From positions 1-24,210 of IMG/VR virus record IMGVR_UViG_3300016457_001310: a stretch of DNA of 24,210 nt. One strand, given 5' to 3'. The position numbers and the translations under genes were made by a program. Below are positions 1 through 7,413 of this stretch, in pieces (within the stretch, counting starts at the first letter, position 1; each line of letters opens with the position of its first letter). Below the pieces are notes generated by a model. The model was given only the letters and a program-made list of their open reading frames with translations, had not been told where the DNA came from and did not search any database.

Positions 1-166
1 ATGCTTTCCCCTCATACACTTCCATCGGAACAGCCTTATCTATAGCAGCAAGCATTGCGAAGGTAACGTCTTCAGTGGGGTACTCTAGGTGCTCTCTAGT
101 GACGCTCCTGAGTGGGTGGTCTATCGGAACCTTAAGCCTGTGGTAATCGAGCACTAGGTCGGGCAC
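1..166 (-). CDS. Partial ORF running off the window; N-terminus resembles the 463-aa fibre-like protein (possible paralog)
   Basis: Not in the ORF track. Manual translation from GTG at 166, with GAGGTG RBS upstream: MPDLVLDYHRLKVPIDHPLRSVTREHLEYPTEDVTFAMLAAIDKAVPMEVYEGKA..., open to the window edge. Shares V-x-R-x-x-LE-x-P...A-x-L-x-A-x-x-KA with the ORF at 1468-2859. Confidence 0.7.
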   Translation of the reverse strand, partial: MPDLVLDYHRLKVPIDHPLRSVTREHLEYPTEDVTFAMLAAIDKAVPMEVYEGKA

Positions 167-190
167 TGCTCAGCACCTCTGTGTAGTGGT

Positions 191-559
191 TTAGACGCTG
201 CCCATTATCTCCTCTATGAATCCGTAGGGGAAGCTTCTGAGTGTGCCCTGTGTCTGGGTTATCGTAACCCTGTACTTCATCGAGGCTAGCAGGGTCTTTG
301 TATGGAACCTGATGACTGGGTTGCCCAGCGGGCCAGAGAAGTCTGTGCAGATGAACTTCTGGTAGTTCTGACCATCAACAGCGATGTACTCGCACACCGT
401 CACAGCATCACCCTCAGCAAGCTGGGAGAGATCTATGTATCCCTCCACCAGGTAGTCATCGTCGTTGGGCCCGAGCTCGACAACCGTTGTCTCGGTGTTG
501 AGATCCGATGGGGATACGGTTCCGCTGTACCTGTTCTTGGTCTGGATAACTATAGGCAT
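191..559 (-). CDS. 122-aa beta-rich putative structural protein, paralog B of 5085-5453
   Basis: Gap-free alignment to the ORF at 5085-5453 with about 60/122 identities counted by hand. GGTGA RBS. Beta-strand-like alternating pattern. Confidence 0.85.
   Translation of the reverse strand: MPIVIQTKNRYSGTVSPSDLNTETTVVELGPNDDDYLVEGYIDLSQLAEGDAVTVCEYIAVDGQNYQKFICTDFSGPLGNPVIRFHTKTLLASMKYRVTITQTQGTLRSFPYGFIEEIMGSV
224..272 (+). repeat. 49-bp perfect direct repeat, copy 1
   Basis: GTAGGGGAAGCTTCTGAGTGTGCCCTGTGTCTGGGTTATCGTAACCCTG is identical to 5118-5166. It encodes RVTITQTQGTLRSFPY on the minus strand. Confidence 0.95.
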
Positions 560-661
560 CTAGGGATCACCGTGCTGGCTGGGGTCGTCGAGCAGTATCT
601 CAAGCCCGCAGATCACGATAATAAGAAAAATGATTGCGTATACGAGGAGCAGCGGATTCAT
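560..661 (-). CDS. 33-aa single-pass membrane micro-protein
   Basis: Not in the ORF track. MNPLLLVYAIIFLIIVICGLEILLDDPSQHGDP*. GGTGG RBS upstream. Stop codon abuts the ATG of the next gene at 559 and the ORF fills the gap. Confidence 0.65.
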   Translation of the reverse strand: MNPLLLVYAIIFLIIVICGLEILLDDPSQHGDP

Positions 662-675
662 ATATATATCCACCG

Positions 676-876
676 CTAGCGCTGGGGTGGCTCCGACCTC
701 TCGTCGGATGGACGCTTCCTGAAGTAGAAGAAGACCACTGTCTGCGCCAACACGATGAGCGCGCCTATAACCTGGTCGGGTAGCCTTATCAGCCCAGCTC
801 CGTGAGCTATGAAGCTACCGATGATCGAGCCCCATATCATCACGGCGAACACGTTCCTGAAGCTCGTCCTCACCAC
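676..876 (-). CDS. Small two-TM membrane protein, holin-like topology
   Basis: Two hydrophobic segments (VFAVMIWGSIIGSFIAHGAGLI; VIGALIVLAQTVVFFYF) followed by a charged tail RKRPSDERSE. Start overlaps the stop codon of the upstream hydrolase gene. Confidence 0.7.
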   Translation of the reverse strand: MVRTSFRNVFAVMIWGSIIGSFIAHGAGLIRLPDQVIGALIVLAQTVVFFYFRKRPSDERSEPPQR

Positions 877-1418
877 GGTTTCACCACCCTCGTTACATAC
901 CTAACCCAGCCCAGTCCATATATATAGAAGTGCCTGTCCCAAGTTGGTATTGCTACTTCCTGGGTCTGAGGCTCGAAGAGGATCGGTATTATCCTAGACT
1001 GCCAGTAGTCCATGCACTCCGCTGGATCCTCAGAGATGCAGTACAGAGCCACGTTATAGGCGTGGTACCCCAGGAACTCGCCCCTCTCATCAACTATCTT
1101 CCCACCAGTTTCAAACATGCAGTTGAAGCCCAGCAGAGACGCCACGACCTTTGCGAGGGCACTGAAATCATCGCAATCAATCAATCCTCTGTAGGTAAAG
1201 CCGTACTCCTCCTTTATCCTCCTAAACACCCTCAGGAACTCGACGAACGCGCTGGGGGTGAAGAAGTTGAACCAGTTGTCGACACCTATGGCAACACCAT
1301 CGTCGTAGAAAGCAACGTTCTGCCACACACCCCTACCGTAGTATTGCTCTATCAGTTGTTTCACCACGCTATCGTGGAGATAGTACTGGAACTGATAGGA
1401 TCCCATACGGAGAGACAT
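870..1418 (-). CDS. Papain/transglutaminase-like cysteine hydrolase (DCDDF...HAYN...EPQ type)
   Basis: Ordered motifs DCDDFS, GYHAYNV and LFEPQT give a Cys-His-Glu triad like the papain-like C-terminal domain of MOA-type agglutinins and related phage proteins. Confidence 0.75.
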   Translation of the reverse strand: MSLRMGSYQFQYYLHDSVVKQLIEQYYGRGVWQNVAFYDDGVAIGVDNWFNFFTPSAFVEFLRVFRRIKEEYGFTYRGLIDCDDFSALAKVVASLLGFNCMFETGGKIVDERGEFLGYHAYNVALYCISEDPAECMDYWQSRIIPILFEPQTQEVAIPTWDRHFYIYGLGWVRYVTRVVKPW

Positions 1419-1467
1419 GATCCCGCCATAAAAGTGTATAGATTGCGAGGCTATAACACTAACGCCA

Positions 1468-2859
1468 TTACCACCCCAACTTCAGCACCTTACGAAGTTT
1501 ATCGATGTGCTTATCTCTTTCCTCAGTAAGCACAGACACTCTCTCCAGCCTCTTAATCCACATGCTTATAGTTTCACGCAACACGTTGTCTGACACATTC
1601 TTCAATTGTGATCTCTGTGGCTCAATCTTATGATCTATAAGGAATCCATAATAGAAATCCGCTACCTGAAATGCCTCAAGTTCAGGTACACCCAACACAT
1701 GATACGCATAATTATCCTTGCCAGCTATCCAATAGGAGAACCTCTTCCTAAATAGACGGTATTGTTCAACAGCTTCCCTATAATCTCTCGGTGGTCTAAT
1801 AGCCATTAGACCCCTTGCTTTAGCATACTCAACCTGTCTAAGTACTGCTCCCTGGCGATACGGATTATCCCTAGTAATAACTATCAGCATGTTAGTCTCT
1901 CCCTCCCTGTAGTCAAAGGCTCCCCACGATACTGATGCAATATCTATCTGATGCTTTGGTATGCGACCAAGTAGATACTCTATCTCCTCATCGGTGAAGC
2001 CCTTAGATCGAAGCATTCTGTACCTCTTAGCCTCTACAGCCACATGCGGAGGAACGCTGTGCAGTGTTGGGTCAACCTCTCTCAGATCGCTAACTAGGAG
2101 CGGTCTAAATGGCTCGTTCACACCGTCACCAGCAACCTCAGCCTCTATCACAGCTACTGCGTTGGGTAGTTGCGAGGCAACGTCTCTGATCATACCGAAG
2201 TCTATTGCGTAGCTATCGCCCGAATAGTAGTAGTTACCGAAACGACCAGAGGAGATGCTAGTATCTGTTGCGGATATGGAGCTCCAGGCACATGGATCTA
2301 TGGTGTCGACATCACGAACCTGGCCTGGAGATGATCTACATGACTTCAATGCAGATCCAGATACCTGTAGAGACGCGTGGATAATTCCAGACAAGTCAAC
2401 TGCTTCACTAGCTAACTCGGTTTCTGTGCCATTCACAACCTTATACAGCTTGTGATCCGCTGTAGCTAGCGAAGCATCAAAGTAGTTGTAGTACAGTGTG
2501 TTTACACCGTACCACCTATTGACATTGCATATAAAGTTCGTTGATAGCTTAAATAGCTGAACAACCTTCTTATCCGTTAGAACTGTTTCGTATAATGTAC
2601 CTAGACCAGATCCTCGCTTAGTCCAGATCATCCTTGCATAGGCTTTTCCTAGGGCTCTGAGATACGCTAGTTGCGAAGTAGATGGAACCTCTAGATCAAC
2701 CCTACCCACACCACCATCCTTTATCTTCGCGCTGTCTACCGAGTTGTCACATATCGTTAGCCTCCCATAGGCATCGACACAGATGTACACCTTATCTGCT
2801 ATCATCTTCGCTAGGATCTCCCTGTTCCAGAACCCCACCCGATACTCACCCCGATCCAT
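1468..2859 (-). CDS. 463-aa putative fibre/receptor-binding protein
   Basis: N-terminal DNSVDSAKIKDGGV resembles the 'svtxaKIxDgaV' trimeric fibre repeat. Beta-rich S/G/Y-rich middle region. Located in the fibre cluster. Lower GC than its neighbours. Function is inferred. Confidence 0.6.
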   Translation of the reverse strand: MDRGEYRVGFWNREILAKMIADKVYICVDAYGRLTICDNSVDSAKIKDGGVGRVDLEVPSTSQLAYLRALGKAYARMIWTKRGSGLGTLYETVLTDKKVVQLFKLSTNFICNVNRWYGVNTLYYNYFDASLATADHKLYKVVNGTETELASEAVDLSGIIHASLQVSGSALKSCRSSPGQVRDVDTIDPCAWSSISATDTSISSGRFGNYYYSGDSYAIDFGMIRDVASQLPNAVAVIEAEVAGDGVNEPFRPLLVSDLREVDPTLHSVPPHVAVEAKRYRMLRSKGFTDEEIEYLLGRIPKHQIDIASVSWGAFDYREGETNMLIVITRDNPYRQGAVLRQVEYAKARGLMAIRPPRDYREAVEQYRLFRKRFSYWIAGKDNYAYHVLGVPELEAFQVADFYYGFLIDHKIEPQRSQLKNVSDNVLRETISMWIKRLERVSVLTEERDKHIDKLRKVLKLGW

Positions 2860-2875
2860 CTATCCCCTCGGTGCT

Positions 2876-4624
2876 TTATATTCGCTTCCTCAGCTCCTCG
2901 TAGGTTGCCCTTATGTATATGAGCGCTAGGTGGAACTGGAGGAAGTGCTCGGGCATTATCAGGTCGCCCGTCATCACAAGCATCGGGTTGCTGACGATGT
3001 CGTAGGCCTCCGAGAGGAGGCTCTCAACCTCTGGTATGCTCTCTCCCGTAGCATCCCTGTACTTGTGGTAGGTATCCCTAACGAACCTGTACAGATGTGC
3101 GCACGCCTCCATCATGTAGTTGACATGCATAGCCCTAACCTCGTCACCGCTCGAAACTGGGCTCAGCTTGGAGAGCACGCTCTCTAGGTCGCTTAGGGAG
3201 CTGGGGTAGGGCTCCGAGGTTATGGAGCTCCACAGCTCCTTGGTACCCTCCTTAACCCTGTGGATCAGGTTCAGCGGATCGTTGAAGTGGCTAGCCCTGA
3301 TAACCTCACCGAGGAGGGGCTTCTCAAGCCTATAGCCGTACACCTCCACGATCCACTTAAGGATCTCGTCTATAGCCCTACCAGCCTCGCGAAGCACCTT
3401 CAGAGGCTCCTTCCTGGTTAGGTACTCTGGAACCACATAGTCCCTCAGGATGGTCACTACCAGCCGCACAATCGATACGCTGTCGAGAGCCGTAGAAGCG
3501 TCTAGAAGGCTCTTCAGAGCGCTACGAGCAACCCTATCAAGAGCCTTAACAGCGTCCGCTACCGTGGAAGCAACAAGCTTGGCTACCCTATCCAGCGACA
3601 GAACCACATCGCTTACCGCTCTCCTAGGCTCCTTCGAGGCTAGGTACTCAGGTACAACAACGTCGAGAACGCTCCTAAGAGTAGACCTAGATACGTAGTC
3701 GCTAGCCACAGTCGCGTCATAAACCCTGAGAGGAATGCCACGACCAACCCAGTCGGTTGCCAACACAGTATCGGGTAACCTAATGGAGGGTTCCTTCGTA
3801 GCCCTATCCAGAGCCCTAGCAACATCGCTCAGGACCTTGCCCCTAACCGTCGATAGCACGTACTCGGGTACAACAGCGTCGTACACGTTCTTAACCAGCG
3901 CCCTAAAGACGCTGTCCCTAGGTATCAACGACTCGCGCCACGCCTTGGTGCTGTGCCTAACCAGGCTATCTATGCCCCTACACGCATCGAGAACCACCAC
4001 CATAGAGGTCTTCGAGAGCGCATCCGTAGCCCTACCGATGTCCCTAACCAGCTTCGCACCCTCCTTCGATAGCCTATCAAGCAACACCCCCGCATCCACC
4101 AGCGTGCGGACGAAGAAGGCTGAAACCCTAGCGAGATCTGTTAGCTTCAGAGAATCCGCCACCACCTTAGCGCTCAGCCTGCTCAGAGCATCCACAGCCC
4201 TGCCACTATCCGCTAGGGATCTCCTGAAGTGAACAGCCCTCGACACGGAGTCTACAACACTCGTCGCCTCCCTACCCACCTTCAGGGGCGCCTTGACGAG
4301 CATATCGGCTACCGCACCAGAATCCACAAACGCGCGCACGAAGTGTGCAGACACGGAGAATCCGTCTCTGCTGGTCACCGACTCGCGTACCGAGCCAGCA
4401 ACCAGCTTCGACAACGCATCGAGAATCTTAACGCCATCGAAGAGCACCTTGGATCTGTATGCTATTAAAGCATACTCGGGGATTGCATAGTCGTAGACAG
4501 CTACTGACCCCACCTTCGCAACAACGTCGCTCGCTAGAACAGTATCCGATACCTCCACGCAATAAGTAACCCCTACTAACGTGAATAGAGGTCTCTGAGC
4601 TGGTAACGCGCTGGTGAAGCTCAT
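2876..4624 (-). CDS. 582-aa repetitive structural (fibre shaft-like) protein
   Basis: About 20 degenerate D-x5-D units rich in V/A/S/R, with four (I/V)PEY variants. The C-terminal domain has three G(D/E)-x-(I/V)-x3-H repeats (GEVIRASHFN, GDEVRAMHVN, GDLIMPEHF). GGTGA RBS. Confidence 0.75.
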   Translation of the reverse strand: MSFTSALPAQRPLFTLVGVTYCVEVSDTVLASDVVAKVGSVAVYDYAIPEYALIAYRSKVLFDGVKILDALSKLVAGSVRESVTSRDGFSVSAHFVRAFVDSGAVADMLVKAPLKVGREATSVVDSVSRAVHFRRSLADSGRAVDALSRLSAKVVADSLKLTDLARVSAFFVRTLVDAGVLLDRLSKEGAKLVRDIGRATDALSKTSMVVVLDACRGIDSLVRHSTKAWRESLIPRDSVFRALVKNVYDAVVPEYVLSTVRGKVLSDVARALDRATKEPSIRLPDTVLATDWVGRGIPLRVYDATVASDYVSRSTLRSVLDVVVPEYLASKEPRRAVSDVVLSLDRVAKLVASTVADAVKALDRVARSALKSLLDASTALDSVSIVRLVVTILRDYVVPEYLTRKEPLKVLREAGRAIDEILKWIVEVYGYRLEKPLLGEVIRASHFNDPLNLIHRVKEGTKELWSSITSEPYPSSLSDLESVLSKLSPVSSGDEVRAMHVNYMMEACAHLYRFVRDTYHKYRDATGESIPEVESLLSEAYDIVSNPMLVMTGDLIMPEHFLQFHLALIYIRATYEELRKRI

Positions 4625-4658
4625 CGCCGATCACTTCTACCCGCTCCCACTCATCCAG

Positions 4659-4664
4659 AAAAAA
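4659..4664 (-). terminator. Possible oligo-T terminator
   Basis: T6 tract on the minus strand about 25 nt after the stop of the ORF at 4691-5083, in a short intergenic gap. Confidence 0.35.
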
Positions 4665-4690
4665 CATGTAGTGGACTCGGAGAGATAGCT

Positions 4691-5083
4691 CTACCTCCTT
4701 CCCAGCCTCTTCCTGAGCTCGGAGAGCGGCATACCGTCAGGGCACTTGACCGCACCGTAGAACTTCTCCTTCCATGTATAGGGGATCCACCTATAGCCTC
4801 CACACCGCTTCCAGTCGTGTAGAAGCGTGTAGAAGATCACCGTTATCAGGACGGCTATGCCCCACATACCGAAGAGCACAGCTATGAGAAAAAGGAAATC
4901 AGCGTATACCCTACCCCTAAGAGGGTAGTGCCTCCCATACGGGCTCCTAGACATGACGTGGTCGGCGAGAGCCCTCTTCACCCTCCGCTTGAACTCCCTC
5001 GGGCAGAGGATAGACGTTAGCCTACCGAAGGTGTAGAGCATGTACTGCTCAAGAGTCATCCCCTTGCCCAGCTTCCAACCCAT
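4691..5083 (-). CDS. Basic membrane protein of about 130 aa
   Basis: Track ORF 4691-5098. The ATG at 5083 with GAGGAG RBS, just after the previous stop, is the likelier start. Long hydrophobic segment FLFLIAVLFGMWGIAVLITVIFYTLL. Confidence 0.7.
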   Translation of the reverse strand: MGWKLGKGMTLEQYMLYTFGRLTSILCPREFKRRVKRALADHVMSRSPYGRHYPLRGRVYADFLFLIAVLFGMWGIAVLITVIFYTLLHDWKRCGGYRWIPYTWKEKFYGAVKCPDGMPLSELRKRLGRR

Positions 5084-5084
5084 G

Positions 5085-5453
5085 CTAGATCTCCTCAAGC
5101 ACTTGAACGACGAACCAGTAGGGGAAGCTTCTGAGTGTGCCCTGTGTCTGGGTTATCGTAACCCTGGGCTGGGCATCCTTTGGAAGCGTCATCGAGAGCA
5201 GGTGCACAACGGGGTTATCGAGAGGCCCGTCAACCGCTATGGTATCCAGCTTCCTCCTGTTAGACCCGTCGACAGCTATGTAGATAACCAGCTTCACCGA
5301 GTCACCGCTCTGGAGCTGCGATAGATCTACGTAGCCCTCCAGGATTATCGCGTTCTCGTATGTCCCGAGGTTGATCAGATCGGTCTCCACGTTCAGATCG
5401 CTGGGCGTTACGGTGCCTCGGTACTCCTCCTTACGCTTTATCCTGACTACCAT
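5085..5453 (-). CDS. 122-aa beta-rich putative structural protein, paralog A of 191-559
   Basis: Same length as and collinear with 191-559. Shared blocks GTV-PSDLN-ET, EGY-DLSQL, YIAVDG and RVTITQTQGTLRSFPY. GAGGT RBS. Confidence 0.85.
   Translation of the reverse strand: MVVRIKRKEEYRGTVTPSDLNVETDLINLGTYENAIILEGYVDLSQLQSGDSVKLVIYIAVDGSNRRKLDTIAVDGPLDNPVVHLLSMTLPKDAQPRVTITQTQGTLRSFPYWFVVQVLEEI
5118..5166 (+). repeat. 49-bp perfect direct repeat, copy 2
   Basis: Identical to 224-272. Confidence 0.95.
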
Positions 5454-5465
5454 TGCTAGGCTACC

Positions 5466-6017
5466 TCACCTGCTCATCTGTATGTAGTACCTAATCGTGA
5501 TGGCGTCCCCAGCGTCGAAGTTCACTGGGACTGGGTTGAACGTCTTCCTAGCCAGCAACACACCACCAGAGGACGCGTTGAAGACCCCAGCCTCGGAGAT
5601 CTCCATACTCCCGCTAAGCCCGTCCTCGCTTGAGAACGTAGCTTCCAGGAGCGCGGTATCGCCCTCAACATCGGTCGTTGTCTGGCTAACCGAAGCCTGC
5701 TTCCTAGCGACCTCGGCTTCGAGAGCCGTATCAGTAACGGATTCGGATGTAGTGCCAGTACCGATAGCAACATACGTGAACGGCGTGCCACCGAGGTTGA
5801 ACACCAGCTTAATGATCTCCGCGAGCCCAGCGTTCGTCACAACGTTCTTCCTGAAGTAGAAGAGTACCTGGGTCTCTGGCAGAACACCCTTGGGGATGAC
5901 AGGCACTGGGTTACCGCGAGCAAGCGTAACCAGGTACTTCGGTCTACCCCTCCTGTCCCAGACTATGACCTCTACCCAGCCAGCGATAACCACCCTAGAG
6001 CTGTCTCCCCTCCACAT
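5466..6017 (-). CDS. Tail-collar / tail-fibre-anchor-like protein
   Basis: Motif series N-VVTNAG...YVAIGTG...TDTALEAEVAR...ISEAGVFN...LLARKTF...ITIRY matches the pattern of phage tail-collar fibre (DUF3751-like) N-terminal domains. Confidence 0.75.
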   Translation of the reverse strand: MWRGDSSRVVIAGWVEVIVWDRRGRPKYLVTLARGNPVPVIPKGVLPETQVLFYFRKNVVTNAGLAEIIKLVFNLGGTPFTYVAIGTGTTSESVTDTALEAEVARKQASVSQTTTDVEGDTALLEATFSSEDGLSGSMEISEAGVFNASSGGVLLARKTFNPVPVNFDAGDAITIRYYIQMSR

Positions 6018-6053
6018 AGCTGGCTTCCCCCATCAAAGCCCTTCTCCTACCAC

Positions 6054-6061
6054 CTTATAAA
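6054..6061 (-). promoter_or_regulatory. TATA box candidate for the fibre cluster
   Basis: TTTATAAG on the minus strand in an intergenic gap, about 37 nt upstream of the ATG at 6017. Confidence 0.55.
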
Positions 6062-6068
6062 TACGCTT

Positions 6069-6197
6069 CTATCCCTGCACAACGTACTTGACCCTGCCCT
6101 CCCTGTCCCTAACAATGATCTCAAGCCTAACGGATGTCCTAGCCGAGTCGAGCCTATGCGGTCTATAGCTCCGCCTAGCAACGGTCTCCCGCTTCAC
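6069..6197 (-). CDS. 42-aa mini-ORF duplicating the N-terminal hairpin of the downstream 183-aa protein
   Basis: Not in the ORF track. MKRETVARRSYRPHRLDSARTSVRLEIIVRDREGRVKYVVQG*. LEIIVRDREGRVKYVV aligns with VEVIVWDRRGRPKYLV of 5466-6017. G-rich RBS upstream of the GTG. Confidence 0.6.
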   Translation of the reverse strand: MKRETVARRSYRPHRLDSARTSVRLEIIVRDREGRVKYVVQG

Positions 6198-6247
6198 CTT
6201 CTCTACCCCAACCCTCTACGCGCTAGGAAAGTATATACCTCTATACA

Positions 6248-7369
6248 CTAGTCGGATACTATCTCCACCAGCCTCAGAGCTATGATATCCCATCTATACT
6301 CCTTCGAGAGCACCTTCTCTCTCCATTCCCGTACCCTCGCCTTGTACTCGTCTAGGTTATCCAGGATTACGTGCAACTTGTTGAGAGCGTCCTCGACATC
6401 GACAGCGTAGCCGTAGCCACCGTGAAAGGCGTTTCCTGGTAGGGGCTGAACCCTCCTACCCTTCTTGACCCACAGGAACGGGGGTACGTACTCAGACCAC
6501 GAACCGTACTCGCATGCGAGCACTGGCACACCCCTAGCAAGCGATTCTAGAGCAACCATCTCGAAGCCACCGCCTCGGCTGAACATCAGGGTTACGTCAG
6601 CCATATCGAAGAGCGCCATCTTCTCGTAGTCGCTCAGCCACTCGTATACCTGAAGTGCGCCGTACTGCATGACCTGCTGGTACTCGGGTATGTTGGGGAA
6701 CACCGTCTTCAGGACCAGAGCAACATCCTTCCTCTCCCTAGCAAGCCTGGTATACACCTCGTACACCTCTGGCCAGCCCTTCCTCTCACCGCTGTGGACA
6801 AGGAAGAACAGTATGAACTTCTTGTTCCTCCTCATCTTATAGAGGTAGAGCTGCACAAGCGATGAGCTGAGCCTCTGCCTCGGCGCGATCTCCCATACAT
6901 TGGGTGTTGTATACCACTCAGGGTCGACACCGTGCGGAAGCCTGTAGACCCTAGCCCTCACCCCAGACCTCCTAGCCACCTCCACACAGAAGCTGGAGGG
7001 CACGACGAACTTGTCGAACCTGTTAGCTATGGAGACCGCGTAGTCGGTATACGCATCGGAGTCGCAGACATCTATACCTATGAGCTGGTCGTAGAAGCCC
7101 CTCCACCACTGGTAGTAGTCCTCCCTAAACCTACCCCATATATCCTTCCTGCTCTCAAGAACCCTAAACATGATGAAGAAGCCTGGGTGTAGAATCAGGG
7201 AGTACTTGGTCGATGGCGTGAACGCTGGTACCATAAGCTCGTCGAGCTCGTACACCGACACATACCCAAGCCTCCTCATATACTCCAGATGCTTCCTCGC
7301 CACCAGCGTGAAGCTGACGGTGTGCCACTGAGGATAGGCATAGAGTATCGGCTTCAAGACTAGCCCCAC
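6248..7369 (-). CDS. GT-B fold family 4 glycosyltransferase, archaeal filamentous virus type
   Basis: VVPSSF, LPHGVD, ERKG and FSRGGGFEMVALESLARGVPVL, a variant of the E-x7-E motif with Gly at the first Glu. Confidence 0.9.
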   Translation of the reverse strand: MGLVLKPILYAYPQWHTVSFTLVARKHLEYMRRLGYVSVYELDELMVPAFTPSTKYSLILHPGFFIMFRVLESRKDIWGRFREDYYQWWRGFYDQLIGIDVCDSDAYTDYAVSIANRFDKFVVPSSFCVEVARRSGVRARVYRLPHGVDPEWYTTPNVWEIAPRQRLSSSLVQLYLYKMRRNKKFILFFLVHSGERKGWPEVYEVYTRLARERKDVALVLKTVFPNIPEYQQVMQYGALQVYEWLSDYEKMALFDMADVTLMFSRGGGFEMVALESLARGVPVLACEYGSWSEYVPPFLWVKKGRRVQPLPGNAFHGGYGYAVDVEDALNKLHVILDNLDEYKARVREWREKVLSKEYRWDIIALRLVEIVSD

Positions 7370-7413
7370 CCCACTCCATGTAGATGGGTAACCGTGGAGA
7401 AGCTGAAAAACGT

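Noticed and set aside
1974-2006. KGFTDEEIEYL in the 463-aa protein resembling YGFTDEEIKIL of the giant protein repeats
   Set aside because: This is a short, very common helix-capping motif, and the similarity does not extend on either side.
224-5166. 49-bp repeat as a DGR template/variable pair, attL/attR or CRISPR repeat
   Set aside because: The copies are identical with no adenine-specific mismatches. No reverse transcriptase, integrase or tRNA is in the window. There are only two copies, both in-frame within coding sequence.
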